The position numbers and the translations under genes were made by a program. Below, in pieces: positions 1 to 9,026 of a stretch of DNA of 64,000 bases. The stretch's first letter is position 1. The number at the start of each line of letters is the position of its first letter. The notes beneath the pieces are model-generated. The model saw only the letters and a list, made by a program, of their open reading frames with translations, made no database searches and was not told the DNA's origin. The stretch covers positions 2,388 through 66,387 of the forward strand of contig JBMYVD010000005.1 in assembly GCA_049606035.1 (NCBI GenBank). Reading direction: 5' to 3'. The stretch is from Candidatus Poseidoniaceae archaeon. Its GTDB lineage: Archaea > Thermoplasmatota > Poseidoniia > Poseidoniales > Poseidoniaceae.

Positions 1-889
1 TTGCTAGAGTTCTCTTCAGTTTAAGAGCCAGACTTCGCCTCATTTGGCCAGGCTTTTCTCCGATTAGAATCGCAAAGTTTTGCGCATCTTGGATTGCCAT
101 TATCAGTCCAAATCGCTGTCTCAGGATTCTTTCAATCCTTTCAGCACCCATCTCAGTAGCGTCTCCTGTGTAGGGGTCGAGCATAGCGAGTGGCTTTCCT
201 GTGTGTAAGGCAAGTCCAATCGGGTGGAAGTCACCGCTACCAAGGAAGAGATAATGTCCAATTTCATCATCGTCGCCAGAGTAATTGCAGCCCAAAACTT
301 GTCCAGGGAAGGTTAGCCTAGCGCCACCAACGGGGACTTCAACCTCAAATCCAGCATCTTCGAAGCGTTTCTTGTAATCGAAAACCAAATGCAGGTGCTG
401 AATGGATGCAACTAGGCCTAACTTAGCACCTTTTAGGGGAGCAATTCTGCCAACGGCATCCAAAAATCTCTCCTGAGCTTCTTCTTCGCTTAGATCGCCA
501 GCATTGTTATCTGCAAGTCTTGATTGAGCGATTGCTCTGTGCTGAGCAAGAATTGGCAGAACTGGGTCTATAGCAGGGTCACCGTCGTATGTTACGTTGA
601 TGAATTGAGTAGGCATTCCTGAATCGATATTCATCTGTGAATGACCCATGTGTGCTACTAATTCGACACCCATCATTTTCATCTTATCATGGACCAAATC
701 ACATGCGCCATAACATGGGTCTGCGGCAAGAATTACCTTAGCCGAGGTTTCATCTTCAATTTCATCCATCATTTCCAAGGCCTGCATTTTTAGGCCCTCG
801 GGTATTTGTAAAGCCACAAGTCGGTGGTCGTGTCCTTTGATTCTCTCGATTAATTCATCGAGTTCGAAATCGTGTCTGTCAAGGTCCAT
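1..889 (-). CDS. dph2: Diphthamide synthesis protein Dph2 (2-(3-amino-3-carboxypropyl)histidine synthase), C-terminus cut by window edge
   Basis: My own translation from ATG at 889 gives MDLDRHDFELDELIERIKGHDHRLVALQIPEGLKMQALE...AADPCYGACD... The LQIPEGL block and conserved Cys blocks are typical of archaeal Dph2. It is absent from the ORF track because its stop lies outside the window. Confidence 0.8.
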   Translation of the reverse strand, partial: MDLDRHDFELDELIERIKGHDHRLVALQIPEGLKMQALEMMDEIEDETSAKVILAADPCYGACDLVHDKMKMMGVELVAHMGHSQMNIDSGMPTQFINVTYDGDPAIDPVLPILAQHRAIAQSRLADNNAGDLSEEEAQERFLDAVGRIAPLKGAKLGLVASIQHLHLVFDYKKRFEDAGFEVEVPVGGARLTFPGQVLGCNYSGDDDEIGHYLFLGSGDFHPIGLALHTGKPLAMLDPYTGDATEMGAERIERILRQRFGLIMAIQDAQNFAILIGEKPGQMRRSLALKLKRTLA

Positions 890-927
890 CAAATCACACC
901 GGTTCTATTCTTTTTCCGGAATGCGAT

Positions 928-1329
928 TCAGCCTTCTGCTAGGAAATCGACGTATTCGTCGGGCTCTAGGAGATTTTCCATATCTACATCGTGTGGATCC
1001 AGAATAATGATCCAACCCAGGTCGTAAGGAGAGTCGTTAACCAATTCCGGGTTAATCTCTACTTCGCCGTTCACTTCTGCAATCTCGCCAGCGAAAGGAC
1101 TCGGGAAAGTGAGTTTTTCTTCAGCTGTCCAGATTGAAAACAAATTTTGCTCTTCATCGACCTCGGTTTCAGCGTGAGGCAGGATAACTCTGAGGATTTC
1201 TCCTATGTCAGCTGCAAGGTAATCAGATAATCCAATTACCAAGCGGTCGTCCTTTTCCTGGTACCATAGGTGGTCCCTAGAGTACTTGCGGCTGTGAGCG
1301 ATGCCGAATTCCATGACTTCTTCATCCAT
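928..1329 (-). CDS. Glycine-cleavage H-protein-like (lipoyl-carrier fold) protein
   Basis: This is ORF 928-1401 with the start moved to ATG 1329 (MDEEVMEFG...), because the upstream 24 aa look non-protein-like. The GcvH pattern is present throughout: YSRDHLWY, IGLSDYLAADIGEI, PFAGEIAEVN, NDSPYDLGWII. The canonical ESVKA lipoyl-Lys context is replaced by WTAEEKL. Confidence 0.6.
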   Translation of the reverse strand: MDEEVMEFGIAHSRKYSRDHLWYQEKDDRLVIGLSDYLAADIGEILRVILPHAETEVDEEQNLFSIWTAEEKLTFPSPFAGEIAEVNGEVEINPELVNDSPYDLGWIIILDPHDVDMENLLEPDEYVDFLAEG

Positions 1330-1433
1330 GGTATCAACCTTGAGCCGCCGTGAGGCAGGTAATATATGAACGCACTGCAAAAGTGAATTGCCAAGGCGCA
1401 TCCCTAAAATGCTCTAACGATTTGGCCTGTAAC

Positions 1434-2606
1434 ATGCGCTTCGAGGAGACGGATGAACAGCAAATGATTCGCGAGATGGTAAGGGACTTTGCAGAGTCAG
1501 TCCTGCCCCCAACAATAGAGCACAGAGACGCTAATCAGATTCCTCCAGCGGAAGAATGGAAGCAGTTTATTGAGTATGGTCTGCAAGGAATTACAATCCC
1601 AGAAGAATACGGTGGAAACCCTGTCGATGACATCTGTGAATCGATCATTATTGAGGAACTAGCAAGAGTCGACCCTTCTTTTGCTGTAATGTTCTGTGTC
1701 CACGTAGGTCTGTGCGCAAAGACCATCGCTTTGCATGGTAATGAAGAGCAGAAGCAAAACTACCTTCCGCGCCTAGCAGCAGGCGAAGTAGGTGCTTACT
1801 CACTTTCGGAAGCAGGCGCAGGTACTGACGCAGCAGCAATGGTGTGCAAGGCAAAGTTGTCAGATGATGGTACTCATTATATTCTCAACGGAGAAAAGAT
1901 GTGGGTTACAAATGGTGCACAAGCCCAAATCTACGTGTTATTCGCAAAGGATGTTGACCATCCCGATTACGGTGTAAAGAAGCACGGTGGAAGCACAGCT
2001 TTCATTGTCGAGCAATCCTTTGAGGGGTTCAGCGTTGGCAAGAAAGAAGACAAGTTAGGAATCCGTTCATCGGACACCTGTACTCTTGTCTTGGAGAACT
2101 GTAAGGTTCCTGTTGAGAACGTAATCAAGGGCTCAGGCAATGGATTCGCAATTGCAATGAACGCACTAGACAATTCTCGAATTGGTATCGCAGCCCAAGC
2201 CTTAGGAATCGCACAGGGTGCTTACGAAGCAGCTCTGAAGTATTCTCATGAAAGAGAGGCATTCGGAAAGCCAATCGCTCACCACCAGATGATTACATCT
2301 TACTTAGCGGACATGGCAACTAGAATCGATGCGGCGAGACTTCTTGTTTACAAGGCGTCATGGGCAAAGGAGGAGCACTACGAAAATGGTGGCCCAAGAC
2401 ACACCAAAGAAGCTAGTATGGCTAAATTGTACGCCGGTGATACAGCAATGTGGGTGACTGAGAGAGCGATTCAGGTTTTAGGCGGTTACGGATACACCAA
2501 GGAATTCCCAGTTGAGAGATTCTTCAGAGATGCTAAGATTACACAAATCTACGAAGGTACACAAGAGGTACAACGAATTGTCATCGCAAGAGCGATCAAG
2601 CCCTGA
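1434..2606 (+). CDS. Acyl-CoA dehydrogenase (short/medium-chain type)
   Basis: This is ORF 1350-2606 with the start moved to ATG 1434, since MRFEETDEQQMIREMVRDFAE is a normal ACAD N-terminus. Supporting motifs are YSLSEAGAGTDAA, the WVTNG block, and C-terminal QIYEGTQEVQR containing the catalytic-Glu motif. Confidence 0.9.
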   Translation: MRFEETDEQQMIREMVRDFAESVLPPTIEHRDANQIPPAEEWKQFIEYGLQGITIPEEYGGNPVDDICESIIIEELARVDPSFAVMFCVHVGLCAKTIALHGNEEQKQNYLPRLAAGEVGAYSLSEAGAGTDAAAMVCKAKLSDDGTHYILNGEKMWVTNGAQAQIYVLFAKDVDHPDYGVKKHGGSTAFIVEQSFEGFSVGKKEDKLGIRSSDTCTLVLENCKVPVENVIKGSGNGFAIAMNALDNSRIGIAAQALGIAQGAYEAALKYSHEREAFGKPIAHHQMITSYLADMATRIDAARLLVYKASWAKEEHYENGGPRHTKEASMAKLYAGDTAMWVTERAIQVLGGYGYTKEFPVERFFRDAKITQIYEGTQEVQRIVIARAIKP

Positions 2607-2616
2607 TTTGAACGTC

Positions 2617-2967
2617 TTAGTACATCCCCATGCCTACCATGGCATTGATGAACCAGTATGCCAGAAGAATGCCGATTATTGCCAATAATCCAATGAAAAT
2701 TTTAGTTGGTATCTTGAGTATATCCTTCAATGCGAATAAAATCATCAATGGGATGAAGCAAATCATCCATCCTCCATTATCAGGGAAAACAAGTACTACA
2801 AACAAAATTACTCCCAAAGCGAAAACGGTTAGATTTGCGATGGGTTTGGGTTTTTCATCAACTATCTTCTTAGATTTTGAAGATCTTGAATAATTTGTTT
2901 TGCCAGAAAGGTCGAGTGTTACAGACTTGGGCTTTGGTTCAGGCTTACTCGAACTTCCCTTGGCCAT
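2617..2967 (-). CDS. Small membrane protein, unknown function
   Basis: The 116-aa ORF has a Lys/Ser-rich basic N-terminus followed by three hydrophobic helices. I recognise no family. Confidence 0.5.
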   Translation of the reverse strand: MAKGSSSKPEPKPKSVTLDLSGKTNYSRSSKSKKIVDEKPKPIANLTVFALGVILFVVLVFPDNGGWMICFIPLMILFALKDILKIPTKIFIGLLAIIGILLAYWFINAMVGMGMY

Positions 2968-3006
2968 GCCAATCGGTTTGAATCGAGCGGCTTAAGGTTT
3001 CAGCCA

Positions 3007-4542
3007 TCAGACAATTTCACTTGATTCTAATACAGGTCGCTTTAGACTTGGTGAAAAGTCGACCAGGCTAGCCCATAATTGGATTTCATCTCCCTCTTTG
3101 AATGTCAGAATCTTTTCATCCAATCCAACTGGAACCTTCACCACTCCGATATATGGCCCTCCATCCAATAGCCCATGAACAGACTGACCACCACGATATT
3201 TTGGGTCTCCAAGAAGTGTTCTTTCCATTTTCTCAATCTTGAGGGTTACTAGGAATTCGCTGGTTTGTTTTTCCATCAGAGCCTTTCTTTCACTAGAGAA
3301 TCTTGCTCCTTCCATCTCAAGTAGTAGTCTCTCGAATTCTGTGTCGATTTCATCAGACATTTCCACAGTAGCATCAACTTCAGTTGAGTGAACTACTTTT
3401 TCTGCTACGATTGGCTCTTCAATGGACTCCACAATCTCTGGAACTTCGTGCGTAGTTTCTACTTCTGTTGAAACTTCAGCAGTGGTTTCGATTTGATTAT
3501 CTTCATCGTTCACAGAGTCATTGGTGATTGTAACGTCATCGTCCACTTCGTCGAGTACAGCGTCGATTTCATCATCACTAAATTGAGCATCCTCGTCGAC
3601 TTCAAATCCAAGTTTAGTCCACAGTGCATTCATTTCATTGAGGTCTAACTTGCCGTCCTGATTTAGGTCGAAATCCTTTATTGAATCCTTGACGATGAAA
3701 GCCGGGACACTAAATCCTGTCGCAGCGGTTAACGCTCCTGCAATTTCATCGGCATCCAACCTGCCGTCTTTGTTCATGTCTCCCAGCATCAGCATCTTTT
3801 CAGGAGTGAGATTCCTTGATTCGATTTGTTTCTTAAGTTGGTCAAGAATGATGTTACCCGCTACATCGGTAGCTTGCTCACCGGATTCATTGGTTGGCAG
3901 CTTTGTATTGACTGCGTACTTACCCGCTTCGATATTTTCTCGAAGTTTTTCTCTGCCCTGTTCTCTGAGTTCTTCAGCACGCTCAATCGCTCTTTCTCTG
4001 CTAGACTTGATGATGTGTGCGGTTCCTATTGCTCCTGCTCCACCAGCAACTCCGAGTGCACCTAATTTGAGAGCATTCTTTGCGATGTTAGAGTTGTGTA
4101 GTGCCTCGATCTTTTGTTGACTTGAACCACTATCGACTCCGTAAGCACTCGCTAGAATATCTAGTTCATTTGTGGGTAAGTCCTGAAGTTGTTTACCATT
4201 GCGAACTTCCGAAATTACTCTGGACATAATCTGAGTATTTTGGTCGTTGAAATGTGATGCTGCACCAACAGTATCACCTTGGATTTGATTTTGTACCCAA
4301 TTCCATTGGCCAGTACTATCCTGTTTGAGTACCATGCTGCCATCAGAACTTACAGCAGCACCGTTTGCCGAGACTATTCCGCCTGCGATTAAACCAAAGA
4401 TTCCAAAGCAGCAGCATGCAGAACCAAATGATGATTCGCCTGTGCCAATTGCGTTTTCTATTACAATCATTACAAGACCAAGAGATGCAGCCCAGCCACC
4501 AGCCGATGTCAACCAGTGTGTGTTACCCTCGCCGTCGGACAT
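3007..4542 (-). CDS. Membrane protein with paired EF-hand Ca2+-binding loops and acidic linker
   Basis: The 511-aa ORF has Gly/Ala-rich N-terminal TM segments. Two canonical 12-residue EF loops are present: DMNKDGRLDADE (nt 3745-3780) and DLNQDGKLDLNE (nt 3634-3669). They are followed by a long D/E-rich region and an unassigned C-terminal domain. Confidence 0.6.
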   Translation of the reverse strand: MSDGEGNTHWLTSAGGWAASLGLVMIVIENAIGTGESSFGSACCCFGIFGLIAGGIVSANGAAVSSDGSMVLKQDSTGQWNWVQNQIQGDTVGAASHFNDQNTQIMSRVISEVRNGKQLQDLPTNELDILASAYGVDSGSSQQKIEALHNSNIAKNALKLGALGVAGGAGAIGTAHIIKSSRERAIERAEELREQGREKLRENIEAGKYAVNTKLPTNESGEQATDVAGNIILDQLKKQIESRNLTPEKMLMLGDMNKDGRLDADEIAGALTAATGFSVPAFIVKDSIKDFDLNQDGKLDLNEMNALWTKLGFEVDEDAQFSDDEIDAVLDEVDDDVTITNDSVNDEDNQIETTAEVSTEVETTHEVPEIVESIEEPIVAEKVVHSTEVDATVEMSDEIDTEFERLLLEMEGARFSSERKALMEKQTSEFLVTLKIEKMERTLLGDPKYRGGQSVHGLLDGGPYIGVVKVPVGLDEKILTFKEGDEIQLWASLVDFSPSLKRPVLESSEIV

Positions 4543-4581
4543 ATACTATCGATATCGGGCTTAGTCATCAAGTTGATGCCG

Positions 4582-5835
4582 TCACGGCCAGTTTGGCCGA
4601 GGCCATAATTTAGGGTCACCATTCTGCCAAGGTATTGTACAGAGTGCGGTTTCCATTTGGTCTAAACTCTCATATCCTCTCTCAATCTGAATCCTAAACA
4701 ACCAATCTTTGAGTCTACCTAATTTAATTCCAGGGCCCAATCCGGTTCTTTGCATAATCCAATCTCCATTAACCAAGCAATTAATCTCGGAAGGGTAATT
4801 CAAGGATTTATTGACCAAATCAGTATTTTCATCTAATGCTGCTAGCATGGATGAATGTGTTACAACTTCATCTCCGAGGGTGTATCTATAGAGCCTTAAT
4901 TCGTTTTGGCTAGGTGATTTTTTCAACAGGTAATGTAGGAATTTAGTACGATTAAATGTACTCTTTGAGACTTTCAAACGCTCTAAAATGATAGTCAAAT
5001 CATTTTGGCTAATTTTTGAAGAAATTAAAGCAAATCTTGCTTCGAGGTCCTCGGGTACTCTGCTAACTAAATCAAATACCTCTTTATGTAATGGATAGCC
5101 AATTATCGCAGCAAGGATCCCATCATCATTCATCCTGCTGAGGACCTGACTGGCATTTTTTCCTATAATTATTCTCGCCAATTCGCTCCACACTCTTTCA
5201 ATTGAGACCATTGCTAGCATCGCTCTGTTTTCAATTAGGGCAATAGACAACTCATTTTCAGGTTGCCAAATTCCGTTTTCCTGTCTGTCCATGAAGCGAT
5301 ACGCTCTCAATATTCTCAAGCCATCTTCAGACAGTCTTTGATCTGCATTTCCAACCGCTCGCAGGCACTTGTTCTCAAGGTCTCTTTTACCTCCGAATGG
5401 GTCATGAAGAAGTCCTCTTGCAAGGTCATAAGCCATTGCATTAATTGTGAAATCACGTCTAGACAAGTCCGTCAATAGGCTATCTCCCCATTCCACTACG
5501 TCAGGTCTTCTTCCATCTCCGTAACCAGTCTCAGTTCGCAGAGTAGTAACTTCGAACATAGAAGTGCCACTCTTTACAGTAATTGTACCAAATTTCACAC
5601 CGGTTGGTATGGTGTCATCAAATGACTCAATGACTTCATCTGGTGTTGCAGTAGTGCAAATATCGTATTCATGCGGGATTTTTCCCAATAATGAATCTCT
5701 AACAGCTCCTCCTACAACCCATGCTCCATATCCGCCGGCGCAAAGAACGGCCAATACGTGAGAAAGGTCTTCATTTTCTCGAAGAAGTGAAGGCATGGAC
5801 AAGCCATTGACATCGGCAAGTAGTCCTTCCTCCAT
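4582..5835 (-). CDS. cca: Class II tRNA nucleotidyltransferase (CCA-adding enzyme / poly(A) polymerase family)
   Basis: Class II signature motifs are present: GGAVRDSLLG, DYDICT-like (EYDICTTA), RRDFTINAMAY and SEDGLRILRAYRF. The ORF track starts at TTG 5862. I prefer ATG 5835 because it leaves about 60 nt for the divergent promoters. The start remains uncertain. Confidence 0.8.
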   Translation of the reverse strand: MEEGLLADVNGLSMPSLLRENEDLSHVLAVLCAGGYGAWVVGGAVRDSLLGKIPHEYDICTTATPDEVIESFDDTIPTGVKFGTITVKSGTSMFEVTTLRTETGYGDGRRPDVVEWGDSLLTDLSRRDFTINAMAYDLARGLLHDPFGGKRDLENKCLRAVGNADQRLSEDGLRILRAYRFMDRQENGIWQPENELSIALIENRAMLAMVSIERVWSELARIIIGKNASQVLSRMNDDGILAAIIGYPLHKEVFDLVSRVPEDLEARFALISSKISQNDLTIILERLKVSKSTFNRTKFLHYLLKKSPSQNELRLYRYTLGDEVVTHSSMLAALDENTDLVNKSLNYPSEINCLVNGDWIMQRTGLGPGIKLGRLKDWLFRIQIERGYESLDQMETALCTIPWQNGDPKLWPRPNWP

Positions 5836-5895
5836 GAGGGGTGTGTCACTCACCCTTTCCAAAGCATTATCCCATGTATCTACTTGGAAACGGCT

Positions 5896-6315
5896 ATGTC
5901 ATGGGAAGCAGAAGACGTTTCATTGGTTCCGCTAGAATGGTTGAAACCCCATGAAGAAATCAAAGTAAAGAATCGAGACAAGTTGCTTGAGATGACTAAG
6001 AAATGGGGAGGTTTCACCAAACCGCTACTAGTTGATTCTGCTACAGGTGCAATTTTGGATGGACACCACAGGCATTCAGTAGCGTTATCTCTCAACCTAA
6101 AGAGAGTGCCAGTAATCTTGATTGATTACTTGTCAGATGACGAAATAACAGTCGATGTTTGGCCAGGTTGCGGACTAGAATCTATCACAAAGCAGGAAGT
6201 TGTCGAAATGAGTCTGAGCGATGGTTTGTATCCTCCAAAAACAAGTAAACACACGATTTCTAATCATATGCCGCCAATTCATGTGTTGCTAGAGGAGTTA
6301 TCTAAGCTGGAATAA
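5896..6315 (+). CDS. ParB/sulfiredoxin-fold domain protein
   Basis: The motifs LKPHEEI and ILDGHHRH (the DGxHR motif of ParB-like N-terminal domains) support the call. The ORF track start 5884 is a TTG, and the first ATG is at 5896. The protein is small (139-143 aa) and stand-alone. Confidence 0.55.
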   Translation: MSWEAEDVSLVPLEWLKPHEEIKVKNRDKLLEMTKKWGGFTKPLLVDSATGAILDGHHRHSVALSLNLKRVPVILIDYLSDDEITVDVWPGCGLESITKQEVVEMSLSDGLYPPKTSKHTISNHMPPIHVLLEELSKLE

Positions 6316-8064
6316 TTAGCGCTTAGTGGCCTTTATCGCATCCCAAAGTTTGTTTCCTTTACCTTCGAGGTTTACTAAGTGCTTTGGGTTCTCTATTGGT
6401 GTGATGCTAACTTCTTTGATCGCACCTTCACGAGAAATTGTGAATTTGGTTTCTACTCCAATACTTCCGTAGACTGCTGCCGATAATTCAGCAGAAGAGC
6501 GTACTCTGTGACCGTCCACAGCAATAATTTCGTCTCCTGTGTGGATTTGCTCCCTGCATGGTGAGCCAGAAAGATGTGTTCTTACTTTGACACAGTTAGG
6601 GGAATTGGCGAGATTTAATCCAAGCCAACCACCTTTGGTTTTCTTTTCAGAAACAAGGTCAAGGCCAAGCAGTTTCAATGCTGACAAAACATCCGGTGCT
6701 TTTCTTTCACCCACCAAAGAATCTAGCAATACACCTAATCTTCTTCCTCCCGGAGTGTTTACTAGGGCCTTCTTTATGTCAGAGTGAGTAATCCCTGGAC
6801 TATCTGAATCTAGTTTGTGATTGTGGTACAATGTAGCCATCACATCGTCCATTCCATATTCTCCCTTGGAGCGTTTTCTTAATTCTGCATCGAGGCAAAA
6901 AATTGCCATCTCGCCTTCTAGGTAATATGAAATTTGGACTTCTCTGCTGTATGAATTAGGCCTGTATAGGTGTATCCAAGCATCATGACTGCTCTCTTGA
7001 AGGGATTCGAATTCCATGCCATTTCTATCGGTGTGACGCTTCATCTTCCTAGTCCAATCCTTGCGCCAATCTTCTTCACTCCAAGCTCCACTTCTCAAGC
7101 ACAAAATGTCACCTAGCCAGGATGTTAATCCTTCAAACCACCAAAGTAGGTCGGAGTGAACTTCTTTTTGCAGTTCATAATCCAGGAAATTCTTTGGCCG
7201 TAATTGTTTAACATTCCACTGGTGTAGGAATTCATGACTGAATAATGAAACTAAGTCTCTCCATTGTTCTTCATTTCCTTCTTGTAGTGATTTTCTTGGC
7301 ATCATTGAAGTCTGACTTCTAAGGTGCTCTAATCCACCTCTACCTGATTCAGTTAGATGGAGAACTGTCCAGTAATCTTTCCATTCTGGAACGCCGAATA
7401 GTGCAAAGTGTTCTTCGATAACCAATTTCATAGCATCAAGGAACCTATCGAGTCCCTCTTTTGGAATCGGCAATCCACCAGAATCCCACAATTTGAGGTG
7501 CTGTCGGGTTCCCTCGACTTCGAAAGTAATCATTGGATTGGCATTAGATTCCATGATAGCGTCCAAGAATTCGTCTCTACCTTTGGCGACCCATTCCCCT
7601 TCTACTCCTTTGAGTTGAGTAGCAGTGTGCCAGTCTTCAGGGGCTTTCAGAATCACTTTGTGATCCATTTCAATTCGGTTTTTGTCAATACCTCTTGTAG
7701 GAAGCATCCAAGTATATGGGGGCATGATATGGACATGCGTCGAATCGAGATGGTTTGCTCTGCAAGTCATTTCTGCAGCTAACAACCTGTAACTAATCGA
7801 AACTGATTTCGCTCCTTGAACTCCGCTAAGTTTTGCTCCATCTACATCGATCCGGGTGATTTTGGAATTGTCTCCATCGATTGTTGCGCTCAATTCTGAC
7901 ATGTGCTGTATCGGTTCACGAATGAAGTAGGAACCGGGTACCCACCTTGGGAAACGTAACTCGAGGATATTTTCAGTAAATGGTCCGGAAATGTCAATGC
8001 TAACAGTAAGTCTTCTACTAGCACCGTTTGTTGCATCGACACTAAACGTTATTCCTGAATCCAA
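6316..8064 (-). CDS. M61 family glycyl aminopeptidase with C-terminal PDZ domain
   Basis: FSHEFLHQWNVKQLRP is the M61 HExxH-WNVK signature. A C-terminal PDZ-like segment (GDEIIAVDGHRV) is also present. Confidence 0.85.
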   Translation of the reverse strand: MDSGITFSVDATNGASRRLTVSIDISGPFTENILELRFPRWVPGSYFIREPIQHMSELSATIDGDNSKITRIDVDGAKLSGVQGAKSVSISYRLLAAEMTCRANHLDSTHVHIMPPYTWMLPTRGIDKNRIEMDHKVILKAPEDWHTATQLKGVEGEWVAKGRDEFLDAIMESNANPMITFEVEGTRQHLKLWDSGGLPIPKEGLDRFLDAMKLVIEEHFALFGVPEWKDYWTVLHLTESGRGGLEHLRSQTSMMPRKSLQEGNEEQWRDLVSLFSHEFLHQWNVKQLRPKNFLDYELQKEVHSDLLWWFEGLTSWLGDILCLRSGAWSEEDWRKDWTRKMKRHTDRNGMEFESLQESSHDAWIHLYRPNSYSREVQISYYLEGEMAIFCLDAELRKRSKGEYGMDDVMATLYHNHKLDSDSPGITHSDIKKALVNTPGGRRLGVLLDSLVGERKAPDVLSALKLLGLDLVSEKKTKGGWLGLNLANSPNCVKVRTHLSGSPCREQIHTGDEIIAVDGHRVRSSAELSAAVYGSIGVETKFTISREGAIKEVSITPIENPKHLVNLEGKGNKLWDAIKATKR

Positions 8065-8066
8065 AT

Positions 8067-9017
8067 CTAAGCCCCCAGTTCTTGAATCGATTTCTCTAGG
8101 TTTTTTGCAGCCATCCTAACCAAGTCAGATTCGTCTTTAGCGATTTTTGCCAACCTCTCTTTGTCGATATCGCTTCGACCATCCATTTGCTCAATTAACT
8201 TTGAGCGTACTCTTTGATTTATTGAAGGGTCTTCAATCATCGCCCATCTGAGCGAACTTGAATCTGAATCATAGCGCATTCGTAACCACCTAACTATGAT
8301 TTCAGGAGAATTATTTGCAACACTTTCTATTCTAGAGTCTACTGTATCGACATGTTGCCTAAGAGCATCAGCAATTGATTTTCTAACCTTGGGGTCGGAG
8401 TCCTGGCTTGCAATATCTAGAATTTCTCCTCCCAATTTAACAGACATTGAACCAATCAATGAACGCAGTGATGAATCGCTTGAACTGAGGGCATTTTTCA
8501 GTACTTCTTCGTCTAGAATCATCTCTTTTTCAGAAGCTGTAGAAATCGCGGCCTTCCTGACCGCAGAGTGTTTATCGTTGAGAAGTGATGAAATTAGATT
8601 CTCATCACTAGAATTTTCTGCGGCGATAATTCGCACAGAATGATGTTCATCAGAGGCGAATTTCTGGTGGAGACTGTCTGAACCCGCCAGTGTTTTGGCA
8701 GCAAAACATCGTATGACGTGGTCATCTTCTGATAGCAATTTTGTTGCAATATTTGTGTCAGGTATTTTTTCCAGCATCTCTGCTACCAATCTCTTATTAT
8801 TAGCCATCAGAGGTTCTAATTCTTCTGCCGATGTTGCCCATTTACGATGGGCGTCTAGTGCTTTGTTTCTAAACCAGAAATCAGGGTCATCTAGTAGTTT
8901 AACAAAACCACGTAAAGCGCTTGGATCGTCTTCTTCAAAAAGCGCCCTAACTGCTCTGCGACGAATTTTTACGTCTTTATTTGTTAACCGAGCAATTTCA
9001 GTATTCAGATTTGGCAA
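8067..9017 (-). CDS. HEAT/PBS-lyase-like repeat protein
   Basis: The sequence shows repeated helical units of about 30 aa (RRRAVRALFE..DP, VIRCFAAKTL, SVRIIAAENS, AVRKAAISTA, KVRKSIADAL, LVRMAAKNL). It starts 2 nt upstream of the M61 gene. Confidence 0.7.
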   Translation of the reverse strand: MPNLNTEIARLTNKDVKIRRRAVRALFEEDDPSALRGFVKLLDDPDFWFRNKALDAHRKWATSAEELEPLMANNKRLVAEMLEKIPDTNIATKLLSEDDHVIRCFAAKTLAGSDSLHQKFASDEHHSVRIIAAENSSDENLISSLLNDKHSAVRKAAISTASEKEMILDEEVLKNALSSSDSSLRSLIGSMSVKLGGEILDIASQDSDPKVRKSIADALRQHVDTVDSRIESVANNSPEIIVRWLRMRYDSDSSSLRWAMIEDPSINQRVRSKLIEQMDGRSDIDKERLAKIAKDESDLVRMAAKNLEKSIQELGA

Positions 9018-9026
9018 AATATCACC

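Noticed and set aside
3689-4120. 143-aa plus-strand ORF (and the 79-aa ORF at 3826-4065)
   Set aside because: It is antisense to the EF-hand membrane protein gene and has low-complexity Ser/Ala/Leu composition.
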